NCBI GenBank assembly: GCA_032654565.1
Contig: JAULAX010000015.1
Span: 1-64,000 of the forward strand
DNA length: 64,000 bases
Direction of reading: 5' to 3'
From: Anaeromyxobacteraceae bacterium
GTDB taxonomy: Bacteria > Myxococcota > Myxococcia > Myxococcales > Anaeromyxobacteraceae
Below the pieces are notes generated by a model that searched no databases, had not been told where the DNA came from, and was given only the letters and a program-made list of their open reading frames with translations. Position 1 is the first letter of the stretch, and each line of letters begins with the position of its first letter. A program made the position numbers and the translations under genes. Below, in pieces: positions 17,826-27,711 of this stretch.

Positions 17826-19187
17826 ATGGACTCCACCAGCCCGGTCAGGCCAACCAAGTTCAGCTCGGCGCACCGTCAGCGCGTCCGCGCCGTGATCTTC
17901 GCCGGCTGCGCCATGGCCGGGACGGTGAGCTTCGTCTGGTTGCTGGTCTTCGCCTCCATGGGCCTGTGGCCTGCCCTGGGGCTGCAGGTGTTCTTCGTCG
18001 CTGCGTCGGTGGCCGGCGCCCTCCTCGCCCGCCGGGGCCGCCTGCGCCTCGCCTCCGGGCTGCTGATCGCCGTGATGTACGTGCTGGTCTGCATCTCCAC
18101 CCTGGTGCTGGACCTCCCCACGCCGCAGACGCCGCGCTCCATGCCGCTGCTCCTGCTGGTGCTCGGCGCGGTGGCCGGGCTGGTCCTCCGCGACGAGCGG
18201 CGGCTGGTTCGCCACGGCGTGCCGGCCTTCTGCCTGGTCAGCTTCGTGGTGCTGGGCGCCGGGGATCTCGGCATCCAGAGCGCCCTGGTCCTGCCCGGTG
18301 ACCTGCGCGCCGTGGCCAACTGGCTCAACCACGGCCTGGCCGCCGCGATGATCTACCTGGTCCTGCACGTGCTGCAGACCGACGTGGCGGAGCGCACCGG
18401 CCTGGAGTCGGAGCTGCTCGAGGCCCTGCTGCAGGGGGACCTGGCGCTGCACTACCAGCCGCAGGTGGACGGCGAGGGGCGGGTCATCGGCGCCGAGGCC
18501 CTGGCCAGGTGGAACCACCCACGCCGGGGCCTGATCCCGCCCGGTGAGTTCATCCCGCTGGCCGAGCGCTGCGGCCTGATGGTGGCGCTGGGCGACGTGG
18601 TGCTGCGCTCCGCCTGCTCCCAGCTGGCCCTGTGGGCGCGCCACCCGCTCACGGCCGGGCTCACGCTCTCCGTCAACGTGAGCGCCATGGAGTTCGAGCA
18701 GGCCGACTTCGTGGAGCGGGTCCTGGCGCGGGTCCGGGAGGCCGGGGCCACGGCGGGGCGGCTCAAGCTCGAGCTCACCGAGACGGTGCTGGCGAACGAC
18801 CTCGAGGTGGTCATCGCCAGGATGGCCGCGCTCAGGACCGCCGGGATCGGCATCGCCCTGGACGACTTCGGCACCGGCTTCTCGTCCTTGAGCTACCTGC
18901 GGCGCCTCCCGCTGGTCGAGCTCAAGATCGACCGGTCCTTCGTCGGGGCGCTGCTCGCCTCGCCCGATGACGCGGCCATCGCCCGGACGGTGATCGCGCT
19001 GGGACGCAGCCTCGGGCTGGCGGTCATCGCCGAGGGGGTGGAGACGGCGACCCAGCGCGACCTGCTGGCCGGGATGGGCTGCCAGGGCTTCCAGGGCTAC
19101 CTGTTCGGGCGCCCCGCCTCCGCGGAGGCGCTCGACGCCCTGCTGGCCGGCCTGCCGGCGCCGCGCCCGGCGCAGGGGCTGGCCTGA
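17826..19187 (+). CDS. Membrane-anchored EAL-domain c-di-GMP phosphodiesterase
   Basis: About 6 TM helices, then LHYQPQV, EALARW, FIPLAE, LELTE, DDFGTGFSSLSYL, LKIDRSFV, AEGVET, QGYLF. No GGDEF motif. Start uncertain (17721-17826). Confidence 0.9.
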   Translation: MDSTSPVRPTKFSSAHRQRVRAVIFAGCAMAGTVSFVWLLVFASMGLWPALGLQVFFVAASVAGALLARRGRLRLASGLLIAVMYVLVCISTLVLDLPTPQTPRSMPLLLLVLGAVAGLVLRDERRLVRHGVPAFCLVSFVVLGAGDLGIQSALVLPGDLRAVANWLNHGLAAAMIYLVLHVLQTDVAERTGLESELLEALLQGDLALHYQPQVDGEGRVIGAEALARWNHPRRGLIPPGEFIPLAERCGLMVALGDVVLRSACSQLALWARHPLTAGLTLSVNVSAMEFEQADFVERVLARVREAGATAGRLKLELTETVLANDLEVVIARMAALRTAGIGIALDDFGTGFSSLSYLRRLPLVELKIDRSFVGALLASPDDAAIARTVIALGRSLGLAVIAEGVETATQRDLLAGMGCQGFQGYLFGRPASAEALDALLAGLPAPRPAQGLA

Positions 19188-19235
19188 GCCTGCGGGTCGC
19201 TCGCCCCCGGCGGGCCCCTCGCCCGGACGGACCGC

Positions 19236-20321
19236 TCAGCCTCCGGCGAGCTCCGCCACCGCCGCCGCCACCGCCAGCGCCCCGGCCTCGACGCCCACCT
19301 CCACCGTCCAGCGCGCCCCATCCACCTGGCGCGGCAGCACCCAGCGCAGGCCGGAGGCGGTCCGCTTCTTGTCGCTGGCCATGAGCGCCACGGCCCGGCG
19401 CGCCAGGGGCCGCGGCAGGCGGGTGGGCAGCCCGGCCCCGGCCACCGCCGCCTCGGCCTCGGCCACCGCCAGCGGCCCCACCCGCCCCAGCGCCGCCGCC
19501 AGCCGGAAGGCGAAGACCAGCCCCAGCCCCACCGCTTCACCGTGCGTGTAGCGCTGGAAGCGGCCGGCCGCCTCGACGCCGTGGCCGAAGGTGTGGCCGA
19601 GGTTGAGCAGGGCCCGGGCCCCGCGCTCGGTGGGGTCGGCCTCGACCACCTCGAGCTTGGCCGCCATGCAGGCGGCGATGAGCGCGGCGTCTGGGCGGCC
19701 GGCCCCGGCGGCGGTGACCCGGCCGAGCAGCGCCGGGTCGAGCAGCGCGTACTTCACCACCTCGCCCAGGCCGGAGCGCAGCTCCCGCGCCGGCAGGGTG
19801 TCGAGCGCGCGCGGGTCCACCAGCACCGCCGCGGGCGGGTGGAAGGCCCCCACCGCGTTCTTGGCGCGCGGCAGGTTGACCGCGGTCTTGCCCCCCAGCG
19901 CCGCGTCGACCATGGCCAGCAGCGTGGTCGGCACCGCCAGCCAGGGGAGGCCGCGCATGAAGGTGGCGGCCAGGAAGCCGGCCGCGTCGGAGACCGCCCC
20001 GCCGCCGATGGAGACCACCAGGCTGCGCCGGGTCAGCCCGGCCGCCAGCAGCTTGGTCGCCGAGCGCTCCAGCTGGGCCAGGGTCTTGCCGGCCTCGCCG
20101 TCGGGGAGCGTCACCACCGCGGCGACCCGGCCGGTCCTGGCCAGCGCCGCCAGCGCCCGGCGCGCCATCGGCGTCCGGGCCACCCGCGCGCAGGTGATCA
20201 CGGCGACGCGATCGTGCGGCTCGACCAGCGACGGCAGGGGGGCCAGCGCCGCCGGGCCGACGTGGACCGGGTAGCGGTGCTCGCCCTGGCGGGCGGAGAG
20301 CAGGACGGTGGGGGGGCTCAC
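19236..20321 (-). CDS. aroB: 3-dehydroquinate synthase
   Basis: DGEAGKT, GGGAVSD, VPTTLLAMVDAALGGKTAVN, LNLGHTFGHGVE. Confidence 0.95.
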   Translation of the reverse strand: MSPPTVLLSARQGEHRYPVHVGPAALAPLPSLVEPHDRVAVITCARVARTPMARRALAALARTGRVAAVVTLPDGEAGKTLAQLERSATKLLAAGLTRRSLVVSIGGGAVSDAAGFLAATFMRGLPWLAVPTTLLAMVDAALGGKTAVNLPRAKNAVGAFHPPAAVLVDPRALDTLPARELRSGLGEVVKYALLDPALLGRVTAAGAGRPDAALIAACMAAKLEVVEADPTERGARALLNLGHTFGHGVEAAGRFQRYTHGEAVGLGLVFAFRLAAALGRVGPLAVAEAEAAVAGAGLPTRLPRPLARRAVALMASDKKRTASGLRWVLPRQVDGARWTVEVGVEAGALAVAAAVAELAGG

Positions 20322-20337
20322 GGCGCGGACCGCGTGG

Positions 20338-20826
20338 TCATAGGGACTCCAGAATGCGCGAGGCCACCTCGTCGGCGGAGAGGCCGTCGACGGCGACGGT
20401 GAGGTGGGCGCGCAGGTAGCGGGGGCGCCGCTCGGCGTGGAGCGCCTCCCAGCTGGCGGCCAGCGGCCGGCCCCGACCGCCGGCCAGGCGCCGCGCCGCC
20501 TCGGCCGGGGAGACGTCGAGGAAGACCACCTTGCCGGCCTCCAGCAGCCGGGCCGCGCTCGGCGGGTCGCAGAAGGCGCCGCCGCCCAGGTCGACCACCA
20601 GCCCGCCGTCGAGCCGCTCGACGATGGCCCGCTCGGCGGCGCGGAAGGCCGGCTCGCCGTCCTCGGCGAAGATGCGGGGGATGGGCTTGCCGAAGCGCGA
20701 CTCCAGCATGGTGTCGGTGGAGACCACCTGGCGGCCGAGCCGGGCGCCGAGGACGCGGGCCACCGTCGACTTGCCCGCCGCCATCATGCCGGTCAGCGCC
20801 AGCAGCTCACCGGATGCGAGCGGCAT
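20338..20826 (-). CDS. aroK: Shikimate kinase
   Basis: [10 protein letters not shown]-loop, GEPAFR, LGGG, RPL. Confidence 0.93.
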   Translation of the reverse strand: MPLASGELLALTGMMAAGKSTVARVLGARLGRQVVSTDTMLESRFGKPIPRIFAEDGEPAFRAAERAIVERLDGGLVVDLGGGAFCDPPSAARLLEAGKVVFLDVSPAEAARRLAGGRGRPLAASWEALHAERRPRYLRAHLTVAVDGLSADEVASRILESL

Positions 20827-21952
20827 AGGCCCCCAGCGCCGCCTGCAGGTCGTGGAGCGTGTCGCCGCCGAACTTCTCCAGCAGCGCCGCGGCCAGCTCC
20901 CAGGCCACCACCGCCTCCACCACCACCGCGGCGGCCGGCACCGCGCAGACGTCGCTGCGCTCGTAGCGGGCCTGCACCGGCTGCCGGGTGACGAGGTCCA
21001 CCGAGGGCAGCGGCGTCAGCATGGTGGGGATGGGCTTCATGTAGGCGCGCAGCCGCAGCGGGCTGCCGTTGGTCATGCCCCCCTCGAGGCCGCCGGCCCG
21101 GTTGGTCTCGCGGTAGAAGCCCCGGTCGGGCGAGTGGTAGACGGCGTCGTGGACCTGGTCGCCGGGCCAGTCGACCCGGGTGCCGTCGCCGACCTCCACC
21201 GCCTTGATGGCCTGCACGCCCAGCGCCGCCTGGCCGAGCCGGGCGTCGAGCCGGCGGTCGGGGTGGACGTAGCTGCCGAGGCCGATGGGCAGCCCCTCGG
21301 CCCAGACCTCCACCAGGCCGCCCACCGAGCCGCCCCGCTCCCGCTCGCGGTCGACCACCGCCTTCATCGCCCCCTCGGCCGCCGGGGTGTCGACGTGGAA
21401 CTCGGAGGCCTCGATGAGGGCCCGCTGCGCCGGCGTCGGCGGCGTCCCCACCTCGTGGCGGGCGGTGCCGATGGCCACCACCCGCGAGCTGACGGTGACG
21501 CCGACCGCGGAGAGCAGCGACCGGGCCAGGGCGCCGAGCGCCACCAGGGTGGCGGTGTTGCGGGCGCTGGCCCGCTCCAGCGCGTCGCGGGCGTCGTCGA
21601 AGCCGTACTTGAGCGAGCCGGCCAGGTCGGCGTGGCCGGGGCGGACCTGGGTGAACTTCTTGCCGCCGCGGGCGGTGGGGCTGACCAGCGCCTTCCAGTT
21701 CTCGTGGTCCTTGTTCCAGATGACCAGGGCGATGGGGGCGCCGGTGGTGAGCCCGCCGCGCAGCCCGGCGATGAACTGGGCGGTGTCGCGCTCGATCTTC
21801 ATCCGGCCGCCGCGGCCGTACCCCTTCTGGCGGCGGGCCAGCTCGGCGTCCACCCCGGCCAGGTCGACGGTGACGCCGGCCGGGAAGCCCTCGGCGATGG
21901 CGCACAGGCCCGGGCCGTGTGATTCACCTGCGGTGAGGTAGCGGAGCGTCAT
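20807..21952 (-). CDS. aroC: Chorismate synthase
   Basis: [42 protein letters not shown]. Confidence 0.97.
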   Translation of the reverse strand: MTLRYLTAGESHGPGLCAIAEGFPAGVTVDLAGVDAELARRQKGYGRGGRMKIERDTAQFIAGLRGGLTTGAPIALVIWNKDHENWKALVSPTARGGKKFTQVRPGHADLAGSLKYGFDDARDALERASARNTATLVALGALARSLLSAVGVTVSSRVVAIGTARHEVGTPPTPAQRALIEASEFHVDTPAAEGAMKAVVDRERERGGSVGGLVEVWAEGLPIGLGSYVHPDRRLDARLGQAALGVQAIKAVEVGDGTRVDWPGDQVHDAVYHSPDRGFYRETNRAGGLEGGMTNGSPLRLRAYMKPIPTMLTPLPSVDLVTRQPVQARYERSDVCAVPAAAVVVEAVVAWELAAALLEKFGGDTLHDLQAALGAYAARIR

Positions 21953-22797
21953 CGGTGGATCGCCTCTCGCGCCGCGTTGAGCGCCGTGACCATGACCGCC
22001 TCGGGGGCGGGCCGGCCGGTCCAGAGGCTGAAGGCCAGCGCCCCCTGGCGGACCAGCAGCTCCTCGCCGCGCACCACGTGGGCGCCGGCGGCGGCGGCGT
22101 CGCGGGCGAAGGCGGTGTCGCCGTAGACCATGTCGAGCGCCACCTGGCCGGCGCGGAAGCCCAGCCCGGGGAGCGCCGCGGGGTGGCCACCCAGGCCGAC
22201 GCTGGTGCCGTTCATGACCACGTCGGCGGCGCGGCTGGCGGCCGCCAACGCCTCCCAGGCCACCAGCTCCGGCCTGGGCGCGCCCGGCGCCACCGACGAC
22301 GACAGCGCCGCGATCAGCCCCGCGGCCTGCTCGCGCCGGCGGGCGGTGACCTGCAGCCGGGCCCCGACCTTGAGCGCCGCCCAGCCGCCGGCCCGGGCGG
22401 CCCCGCCGGCCCCCACCAGCAGCACCCGGGCGCCGGCCCGCACCCCGGCGCCGTCGAGCAGCTGGGCCAGGGCGGTGGCGTCGGTGTTGAAGCCCTCCCA
22501 GCCGGCCTCGGCGCGGCGCAGCGTGTTGGCGGCGCCGCAGGCGGTGGCCACCGGGTCGAGCGAGGCGCAGGCCGCCGCGGCCGCCTGCTTGTGGGGCACG
22601 GTGACGTTGAGCCCGAGGAAGCCGAGGGCGTGGGCGCCGCGCAGGGCCGCCTCCAGCGCCGAGGGATCGACCGGCATGGCCAGGTAGACCGAGTCGAGCT
22701 TGTGGAACTTGAAGGCGGCGTTCTGGATGGCCGGCGAGAGGCTGTGGCCGACCGGCCAGCCCACCACGCCGTAGAGCGTCGTCCGGCCGTTGATCAC
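21949..22797 (-). CDS. aroE: Shikimate dehydrogenase
   Basis: [38 protein letters not shown]. Confidence 0.95.
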   Translation of the reverse strand: MINGRTTLYGVVGWPVGHSLSPAIQNAAFKFHKLDSVYLAMPVDPSALEAALRGAHALGFLGLNVTVPHKQAAAAACASLDPVATACGAANTLRRAEAGWEGFNTDATALAQLLDGAGVRAGARVLLVGAGGAARAGGWAALKVGARLQVTARRREQAAGLIAALSSSVAPGAPRPELVAWEALAAASRAADVVMNGTSVGLGGHPAALPGLGFRAGQVALDMVYGDTAFARDAAAAGAHVVRGEELLVRQGALAFSLWTGRPAPEAVMVTALNAAREAIHR

Positions 22798-24083
22798 CGG
22801 GGCTCCCCGCAGAGGGCGTCGAGCAGCGAGAAGAAGGACGGGAAGCTGCTGGCGATGCAGGAGGCGTCGTCGAGGTGGACCGGGGCGCCGGCGAAGAGCT
22901 GGGCCACCGCCATCGACATGGCGATGCGGTGGTCGAGGCGGGTCTTCACCGAGACCTCGCCGAGCCGCACCGGCCCCTCGATGGCGCAGCCGTCGTCGAA
23001 GAGCTCCAGCCGGGCGCCGGCGGCGGCCAGGGTCTCGCCCATGGCGGCCAGCCGGTCGGACTCCTTGACCCGCATCTCGCGGGCGTCGCGGATGACGGTC
23101 CGACCCCGGGCCTGGGTGGCCAGCACCATCAGCACCGGCAGCTCGTCGATGAGCCGGGGGATGACGGCGCCGCGGATCTCGGTGGCCCGGAGGTCGCCGG
23201 CCCGCACCGTGACGTCGGCGCGCGGCTCGCCGGCCACCTCGCGCTCGCCGGAGACGGAGAGGTCGGCCCCCATGGCGCGCAGCACCTCGAGCAGGCCGGT
23301 GCGGGTGGGGTTGACGCCCATGTTGCGGACCGTCACCTCCGAGCCGGGCAGGCCGGCAGCGGCGCAGAGGAAGAAGGCGGCCGAGGAGATGTCGCCGGGC
23401 ACGTCGACGCGCGTCCCCTGGGGGCGCGACGGGGTGACGGAGACGGTGAGCCCGTCGACGGTGACCGGCACGCCCATGCCGCGCAGCATCCGCTCGGTGT
23501 GGTCGCGCGAGCGCTCCGGCTCGGTGACGCTGGTGACGCCGTCGGCGCGCAGGCCGGCCAGCAGGATGGCGCTCTTCACCTGGGCGCTGGCCACCTGGAG
23601 CCGGTGGTGGGCGGCGCTGAGCTGCCGGCCGCGGATCACCAGCGGCGGGACCCGGTCGCCGTCGCGGGCGCTGAGGTCGCCGCCCATCAGCCGCAAGGGC
23701 TCGATGACCCGGCGGACCGGGCGGCGGCGCAGCGAGGCGTCGCCGGTGAGCACCGACAGGCCGGGCAGGCCGGCCAGCACCCCGGCCAGCAGCCGCAGCG
23801 AGGTCCCCGAGTTGCCGCAGTCGATGACGTCGTCCGGCTCGCAGAGCGTCTCGGCCGGCGTCACCACCACCTCGCGCCCCTCGACGCGGACGGTGGCGCC
23901 GAGCCGGGCCACCGCCGCGCGGGTGGCGTGGACGTCCTCGGCGTCGAGCAGGCCGGTGACCCGGGTCTCGCCGCTGGCCAGGGCGCCGAAGAGGATGGCC
24001 CGGTGGGAGATGGACTTGTCCCCCGGCACCTCGATGGCGCCGCGCAGCGGGCCGCGGCGGTTGCAGGTGAGCGGCTGGCTCAG
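22794..24083 (-). CDS. aroA: EPSP synthase (3-phosphoshikimate 1-carboxyvinyltransferase), probable CTG start
   Basis: [45 protein letters not shown]. The conserved N-terminus ([13 protein letters not shown]) extends to CTG 24083, which overlaps the tyrA stop and has GAGGAG 5 nt upstream. Confidence 0.95.
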   Translation of the reverse strand: MSQPLTCNRRGPLRGAIEVPGDKSISHRAILFGALASGETRVTGLLDAEDVHATRAAVARLGATVRVEGREVVVTPAETLCEPDDVIDCGNSGTSLRLLAGVLAGLPGLSVLTGDASLRRRPVRRVIEPLRLMGGDLSARDGDRVPPLVIRGRQLSAAHHRLQVASAQVKSAILLAGLRADGVTSVTEPERSRDHTERMLRGMGVPVTVDGLTVSVTPSRPQGTRVDVPGDISSAAFFLCAAAGLPGSEVTVRNMGVNPTRTGLLEVLRAMGADLSVSGEREVAGEPRADVTVRAGDLRATEIRGAVIPRLIDELPVLMVLATQARGRTVIRDAREMRVKESDRLAAMGETLAAAGARLELFDDGCAIEGPVRLGEVSVKTRLDHRIAMSMAVAQLFAGAPVHLDDASCIASSFPSFFSLLDALCGEPR

Positions 24084-24925
24084 AAGAGCTCCTCGCGCGC
24101 CGCGCGCGCCTGCTCGAGGGCGGCCCGGGCCGCCGCCGGCGAGGCGGTGACGGCGGCCAGCAGCGAGGCCAGCTGGGCCTGCAGCTGCGCGGCCGCGGCC
24201 GGGAGGTGGGCGTTGCGCCGGGCCACCTCGCCCTGGATGTCGAAGGGGAACTCGGCGAGGCGGGTGGTGTCCTTGAGCCCCGGGCCGGCCAGCGCCCGGG
24301 CCAGCGGTCCGGCCTGCGCGGCGGTGGCTGCCAGCGCGCTGGCCACCAGGTAGGGCAGGTGCGAGACCATGGCCACCGCGGCGTCGTGCTCGGCGGCGGT
24401 GCAGCGGATCACCTTGGCGCCGAGCGCCTCGTGGAAGGCGACCACCCGGGCCACCGCGGACTGTTCACCGTCGGTGCAGACAGCCACGGTGCCGCCGCGC
24501 CAGCGCCCGGCCGCGGCGACGGCGCCGGCCTGGCCGCCGTGGCCGCCGAACATGGGGTGGGCGCCGACGAAGGCGACCCCGGGCTTCACCTGGGCGGCGG
24601 CGGCGCGGAGGAGCGCCTCCTTGGCCCCCCCCACGTCGGTGAGCACGGCGCCGGGGGCGAGGTGGGCGGAGACCGGCGCCAGCAGCGCCTCGATGGCCGC
24701 CACCGGCGTGCAGAGCACGGTGAGGTCGCAGCCGGCCAGGGCCGGACCGGGGGTCGCGGCGACCTCGTCGACCAGGCCGTCGGCGAGGGCCTGGGCCCGG
24801 TAGTCCTCGCGCGGCTCGACGGCGACGATCCGGAGCTGCGGGTCGACGGCGCGGGCGGCCCGGGCCAGCGAGCCACCCATCAGGCCGAGGCCGACCAGGC
24901 CGAGGCGGCGGGGGAGGCCGGTCAC
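24080..24925 (-). CDS. tyrA: Prephenate/arogenate dehydrogenase
   Basis: GLGLMGGSL Rossmann motif, [29 protein letters not shown]. Confidence 0.92.
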   Translation of the reverse strand: MTGLPRRLGLVGLGLMGGSLARAARAVDPQLRIVAVEPREDYRAQALADGLVDEVAATPGPALAGCDLTVLCTPVAAIEALLAPVSAHLAPGAVLTDVGGAKEALLRAAAAQVKPGVAFVGAHPMFGGHGGQAGAVAAAGRWRGGTVAVCTDGEQSAVARVVAFHEALGAKVIRCTAAEHDAAVAMVSHLPYLVASALAATAAQAGPLARALAGPGLKDTTRLAEFPFDIQGEVARRNAHLPAAAAQLQAQLASLLAAVTASPAAARAALEQARAAREELF

Positions 24926-25449
24926 TTCGGGCTCCGGCGGCGCGGGGCGGCGGCCGTCGTCGGCTTGGAGCGCGGCGCGGGGGATGCGGCCTGGACCGGG
25001 TTTGGGCGCGGCTGTGACCGCGGCTTCGACCTGGTTGGCTTCGGCTTCCGCTTCGGGCGGGAGGAGGGGGCGGCGGCGGCGGGCGGGTCCTTGAAGGGCA
25101 CGCCGTGGTGGAGATCGGGGCGGAGCGCCTGGGCGCCGCGCAGGTAGACGTGGTGCGGGGTCCCGCGGGTCTCGACGTGGAGCAGCACGCGGATCACCCG
25201 CGGCATCGAGCCGGGGACGGGGATCTCCTGGGAGCAGATCATGGGGACCTGGTGCCAGCCCTGGACCCGGGCGCCGCGGGCCGGGAAGTCGGCGTCGAGG
25301 TCGTGGGTGACGGTGAAGATGGCCCAGGTGATCTCGTCGGCGGTGAGCCGGTTGCGGGCGGTGAGCTCGACGCAGAGCTCGATGACCGCATCCTCGATGG
25401 CCTCGCGGGTGTTGGCTTCGGCCTGGGTGGCGCCTCGGATTCCTCGCAT
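24922..25449 (-). CDS. aroH: AroH-type chorismate mutase with a basic low-complexity tail
   Basis: MRGIRGAT, FTVTHDLDADFPA, EIPVPGSMPRVIRVL, HVYLRGAQALRPDL. Confidence 0.93.
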   Translation of the reverse strand: MRGIRGATQAEANTREAIEDAVIELCVELTARNRLTADEITWAIFTVTHDLDADFPARGARVQGWHQVPMICSQEIPVPGSMPRVIRVLLHVETRGTPHHVYLRGAQALRPDLHHGVPFKDPPAAAAPSSRPKRKPKPTRSKPRSQPRPNPVQAASPAPRSKPTTAAAPRRRSPK

Positions 25450-25589
25450 GACGGACCGGTCATTCTAGCAGGCCCACCGGCGTCGGCGCGACAGCCCCCC
25501 CTCCCGACCGAGGGTAGTTTCCGCGGACGGAGGCGTCCATTCCGCGGACCATCGGTTGCGTGCAAACCCTCCGGTTCTGGTTCCCTGAC

Positions 25590-25607
25590 TCGGCACGCCA
25601 GTTGCTT
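25590..25607 (+). promoter_or_regulatory. Sigma-54 (-24/-12) promoter-like motif upstream of the transposase
   Basis: CGGCACG-CCAG-TTGCT with exact GG-N10-GC spacing (GG 25592-93, GC 25604-05), about 15 nt before ATG 25620. Confidence 0.5.
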
Positions 25608-25619
25608 CAAGAGAATCCC

Positions 25620-26516
25620 ATGACCGCACCGCGCCAAGTCCTTCGGGGAGCTACGTACCTCGTCACCAGACGCTGCTCCGAGCGCCGCTTCTTCCTACGA
25701 CCGTCCACGAAGACCAATGACATCTTCCGCTACATCCTCGGCGTCGCAGCCGCCCGGTACGACATCCGCGTCCACGCCTATTGCGTCCTCTCGAACCACT
25801 TCCATCTTGTCGTTACCGATCCGAACGCCAGGTTGCCCGACTTCCACGCCTACCTCGACGGCCTCGTCGCCCGAGCGATCAACGCCTCCATTGGCCACTG
25901 GGAAGCCTTCTGGGACCAGGACAGCTACAGCGCAGTTCGGCTCGAGACGCGCGAGGCCATCCTGGAGAAGATGGTGTACGTGCTGGCCAATCCGGTGGCC
26001 GCCGGGCTGGTTCGTCGCGGGAGGGAATGGCCGGGGCTCTGGTCCAGCCCTCACCGGCTCTGTTCGGGTCCGGTCTGGGCCGCGCGTCCGAAGGGCTTCT
26101 TCCGTGAGGCCGGTCCCATGCCCGCGACCGCCTGCATCCAACTCCATCGGCCGCCTGGGTTCGAGACCGAGGAGTCGTTCTGTGAAGTCCTGTTGGGTGC
26201 GCTCCGCATCGCAGAGGATCGTGCAGCAGCGGAGCTCGGAGAGAACGGACGCTCCTTCGTAGGGGTCACTCGCGTCCTGGCGCAGAGGCCCTTCTCACGC
26301 CCGGCGTCTGAGGCCCCTCGCCGAGCCCTGAGTCCGCGCGTCGCGGCCAGGAACAAGTGGCGACGAATCGAGGCGCTGCAGCGCCTCGCCGAGTTCGGCC
26401 GGGCCTACCGTGAGGCGCTGGCCGCCTGGAGAGCCGGCGTACGTCAGGTGCTCTTCCCTCCTGGCACGTGGCAGCTGCGCGTCCGTCACGGCGCCGCTTG
26501 CGCGAGTTGGGGTTAG
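25620..26516 (+). CDS. Y1/HUH transposase (IS200-like / RAYT family)
   Basis: TYLVTRRC, HAYCVLSNHFHLVV (HUH motif), FW...Y, YVLANPV.AGLV...WP..SS. Confidence 0.88.
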   Translation: MTAPRQVLRGATYLVTRRCSERRFFLRPSTKTNDIFRYILGVAAARYDIRVHAYCVLSNHFHLVVTDPNARLPDFHAYLDGLVARAINASIGHWEAFWDQDSYSAVRLETREAILEKMVYVLANPVAAGLVRRGREWPGLWSSPHRLCSGPVWAARPKGFFREAGPMPATACIQLHRPPGFETEESFCEVLLGALRIAEDRAAAELGENGRSFVGVTRVLAQRPFSRPASEAPRRALSPRVAARNKWRRIEALQRLAEFGRAYREALAAWRAGVRQVLFPPGTWQLRVRHGAACASWG

Positions 26517-26737
26517 AAGCTCCCCCGTTGCGGATGGTCCGTCGTTCGCAGGAACCCCCGGAGAGGGGGCTGGTGGCCGAGCCACGCCACGTCGAGTTGC
26601 CAGGCGCACCTCCCTTGGCGAATTGGCTGACGCTGGGCTCGTTCTGTCCCGGCGGCGCGCCTCGTCGGGGATCAAGGTCCTACCTTTCGTGCTCCGCGGG
26701 CGCCTTCCAGTCAGCCATCGCGTGCCAACTCGGCCGC

Positions 26738-27616
26738 TCACCTCCCACTACCCTCGGTCGGGAATAGGGCGGCCAGCGCCAGAAGCCGAGTCGCCGCCTC
26801 CACGTGGAGCGCCTCCACCAGCCTCCCCTCCACCACCACCACCCCCCTCCCCTGGGCCTCCGCCTCGGCGTGGGCCGCCACCACCGCCCGGGCCGCCGCC
26901 AGCTCGGCCTCGCTCGGCGCGAAGATCCTGTTGGCCGCCGAGATGGTCCTCGGGTGGATCAGCGTCTTGCCGTCGAAGCCGAGGTCACGCCCCTGCCGGC
27001 AGGCGGCCTCGAAGCCCGCCTCGTCGGTGAGGTCGTTGTGGACCCCGTCCAGGCAGGCCAGGCCGTGGGCGCGCGCCGCCAGCACCACCATCGACAGGCT
27101 GGTGAGCACCTCGGCGCGCTCCGGGGTGTGCCGGGCGCGCAGGTCCTTGACCAGGTCGTTGGTCCCGGCCACAAGGCAGGCGAGGCGCGACGAGGCGGCG
27201 GCGATGGCCGGCGCCGCCAGCACCCCGCGGGGGGTCTCGATCATGGCCCAGAGGGCGAGCCGGTCCGGCGCCCCGGCGGAGCGCAGCGCCACCTCGGCCT
27301 GCTTCACCTCCTCGGCCGACTCGACCTTTGGGAGCAGCACGGCGTCGGCGCCGCTCCGGGAGGCGTCGGCGAGATCGTGGCCCCCCCACGGCGTGTCCCC
27401 ACCGTTGACCCGCACCACCAGCTCGCGCCGCCCGTACCCGCCCGCGGCCAGCGCCGCCACCACCAGCCGGCGGGCCTCGCCCTTGGCCGCCGGCGCCACC
27501 GCGTCCTCGAGGTCGAGGATCAGCACGTCGGCGTCGAGGGTGCGCGCCTTCTCCAGGGCCCGGGGGTTGGAGCCGGGCATGAAGAGGGCGCTGCGGCGGG
27601 GTCGGGCGGTGGGCAT
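26738..27616 (-). CDS. citE: CitE-like CoA-ester lyase (HpcH/HpaI aldolase/citrate lyase family)
   Basis: [45 protein letters not shown]. Confidence 0.88.
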   Translation of the reverse strand: MPTARPRRSALFMPGSNPRALEKARTLDADVLILDLEDAVAPAAKGEARRLVVAALAAGGYGRRELVVRVNGGDTPWGGHDLADASRSGADAVLLPKVESAEEVKQAEVALRSAGAPDRLALWAMIETPRGVLAAPAIAAASSRLACLVAGTNDLVKDLRARHTPERAEVLTSLSMVVLAARAHGLACLDGVHNDLTDEAGFEAACRQGRDLGFDGKTLIHPRTISAANRIFAPSEAELAAARAVVAAHAEAEAQGRGVVVVEGRLVEALHVEAATRLLALAALFPTEGSGR

Positions 27617-27711
27617 CTGGGGGGCTCCTCGATGGGGGCGGGGGGTCGCATGGTAGCCCGGGGCGGTTTCTCCTAGAATGCCGCCTCCACACGAACCCTC
27701 CGAGGTGCCTC

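Larger units (their letters stand above)
25502..26763 (+). mobile_element. HUH-transposase element bounded by perfect 17-bp inverted repeats
   Basis: TCCCGACCGAGGGTAGT (25502-25518) and ACTACCCTCGGTCGGGA (26747-26763) enclose the transposase gene and lower-GC flanks. No target duplication is visible. Confidence 0.7.

Noticed and set aside
26712..26730. Second sigma-54 promoter on the minus strand (TTGGCACGCGATGGCT)
   Set aside because: The spacing is GG-N9-GC and the -12 TTGC is missing.
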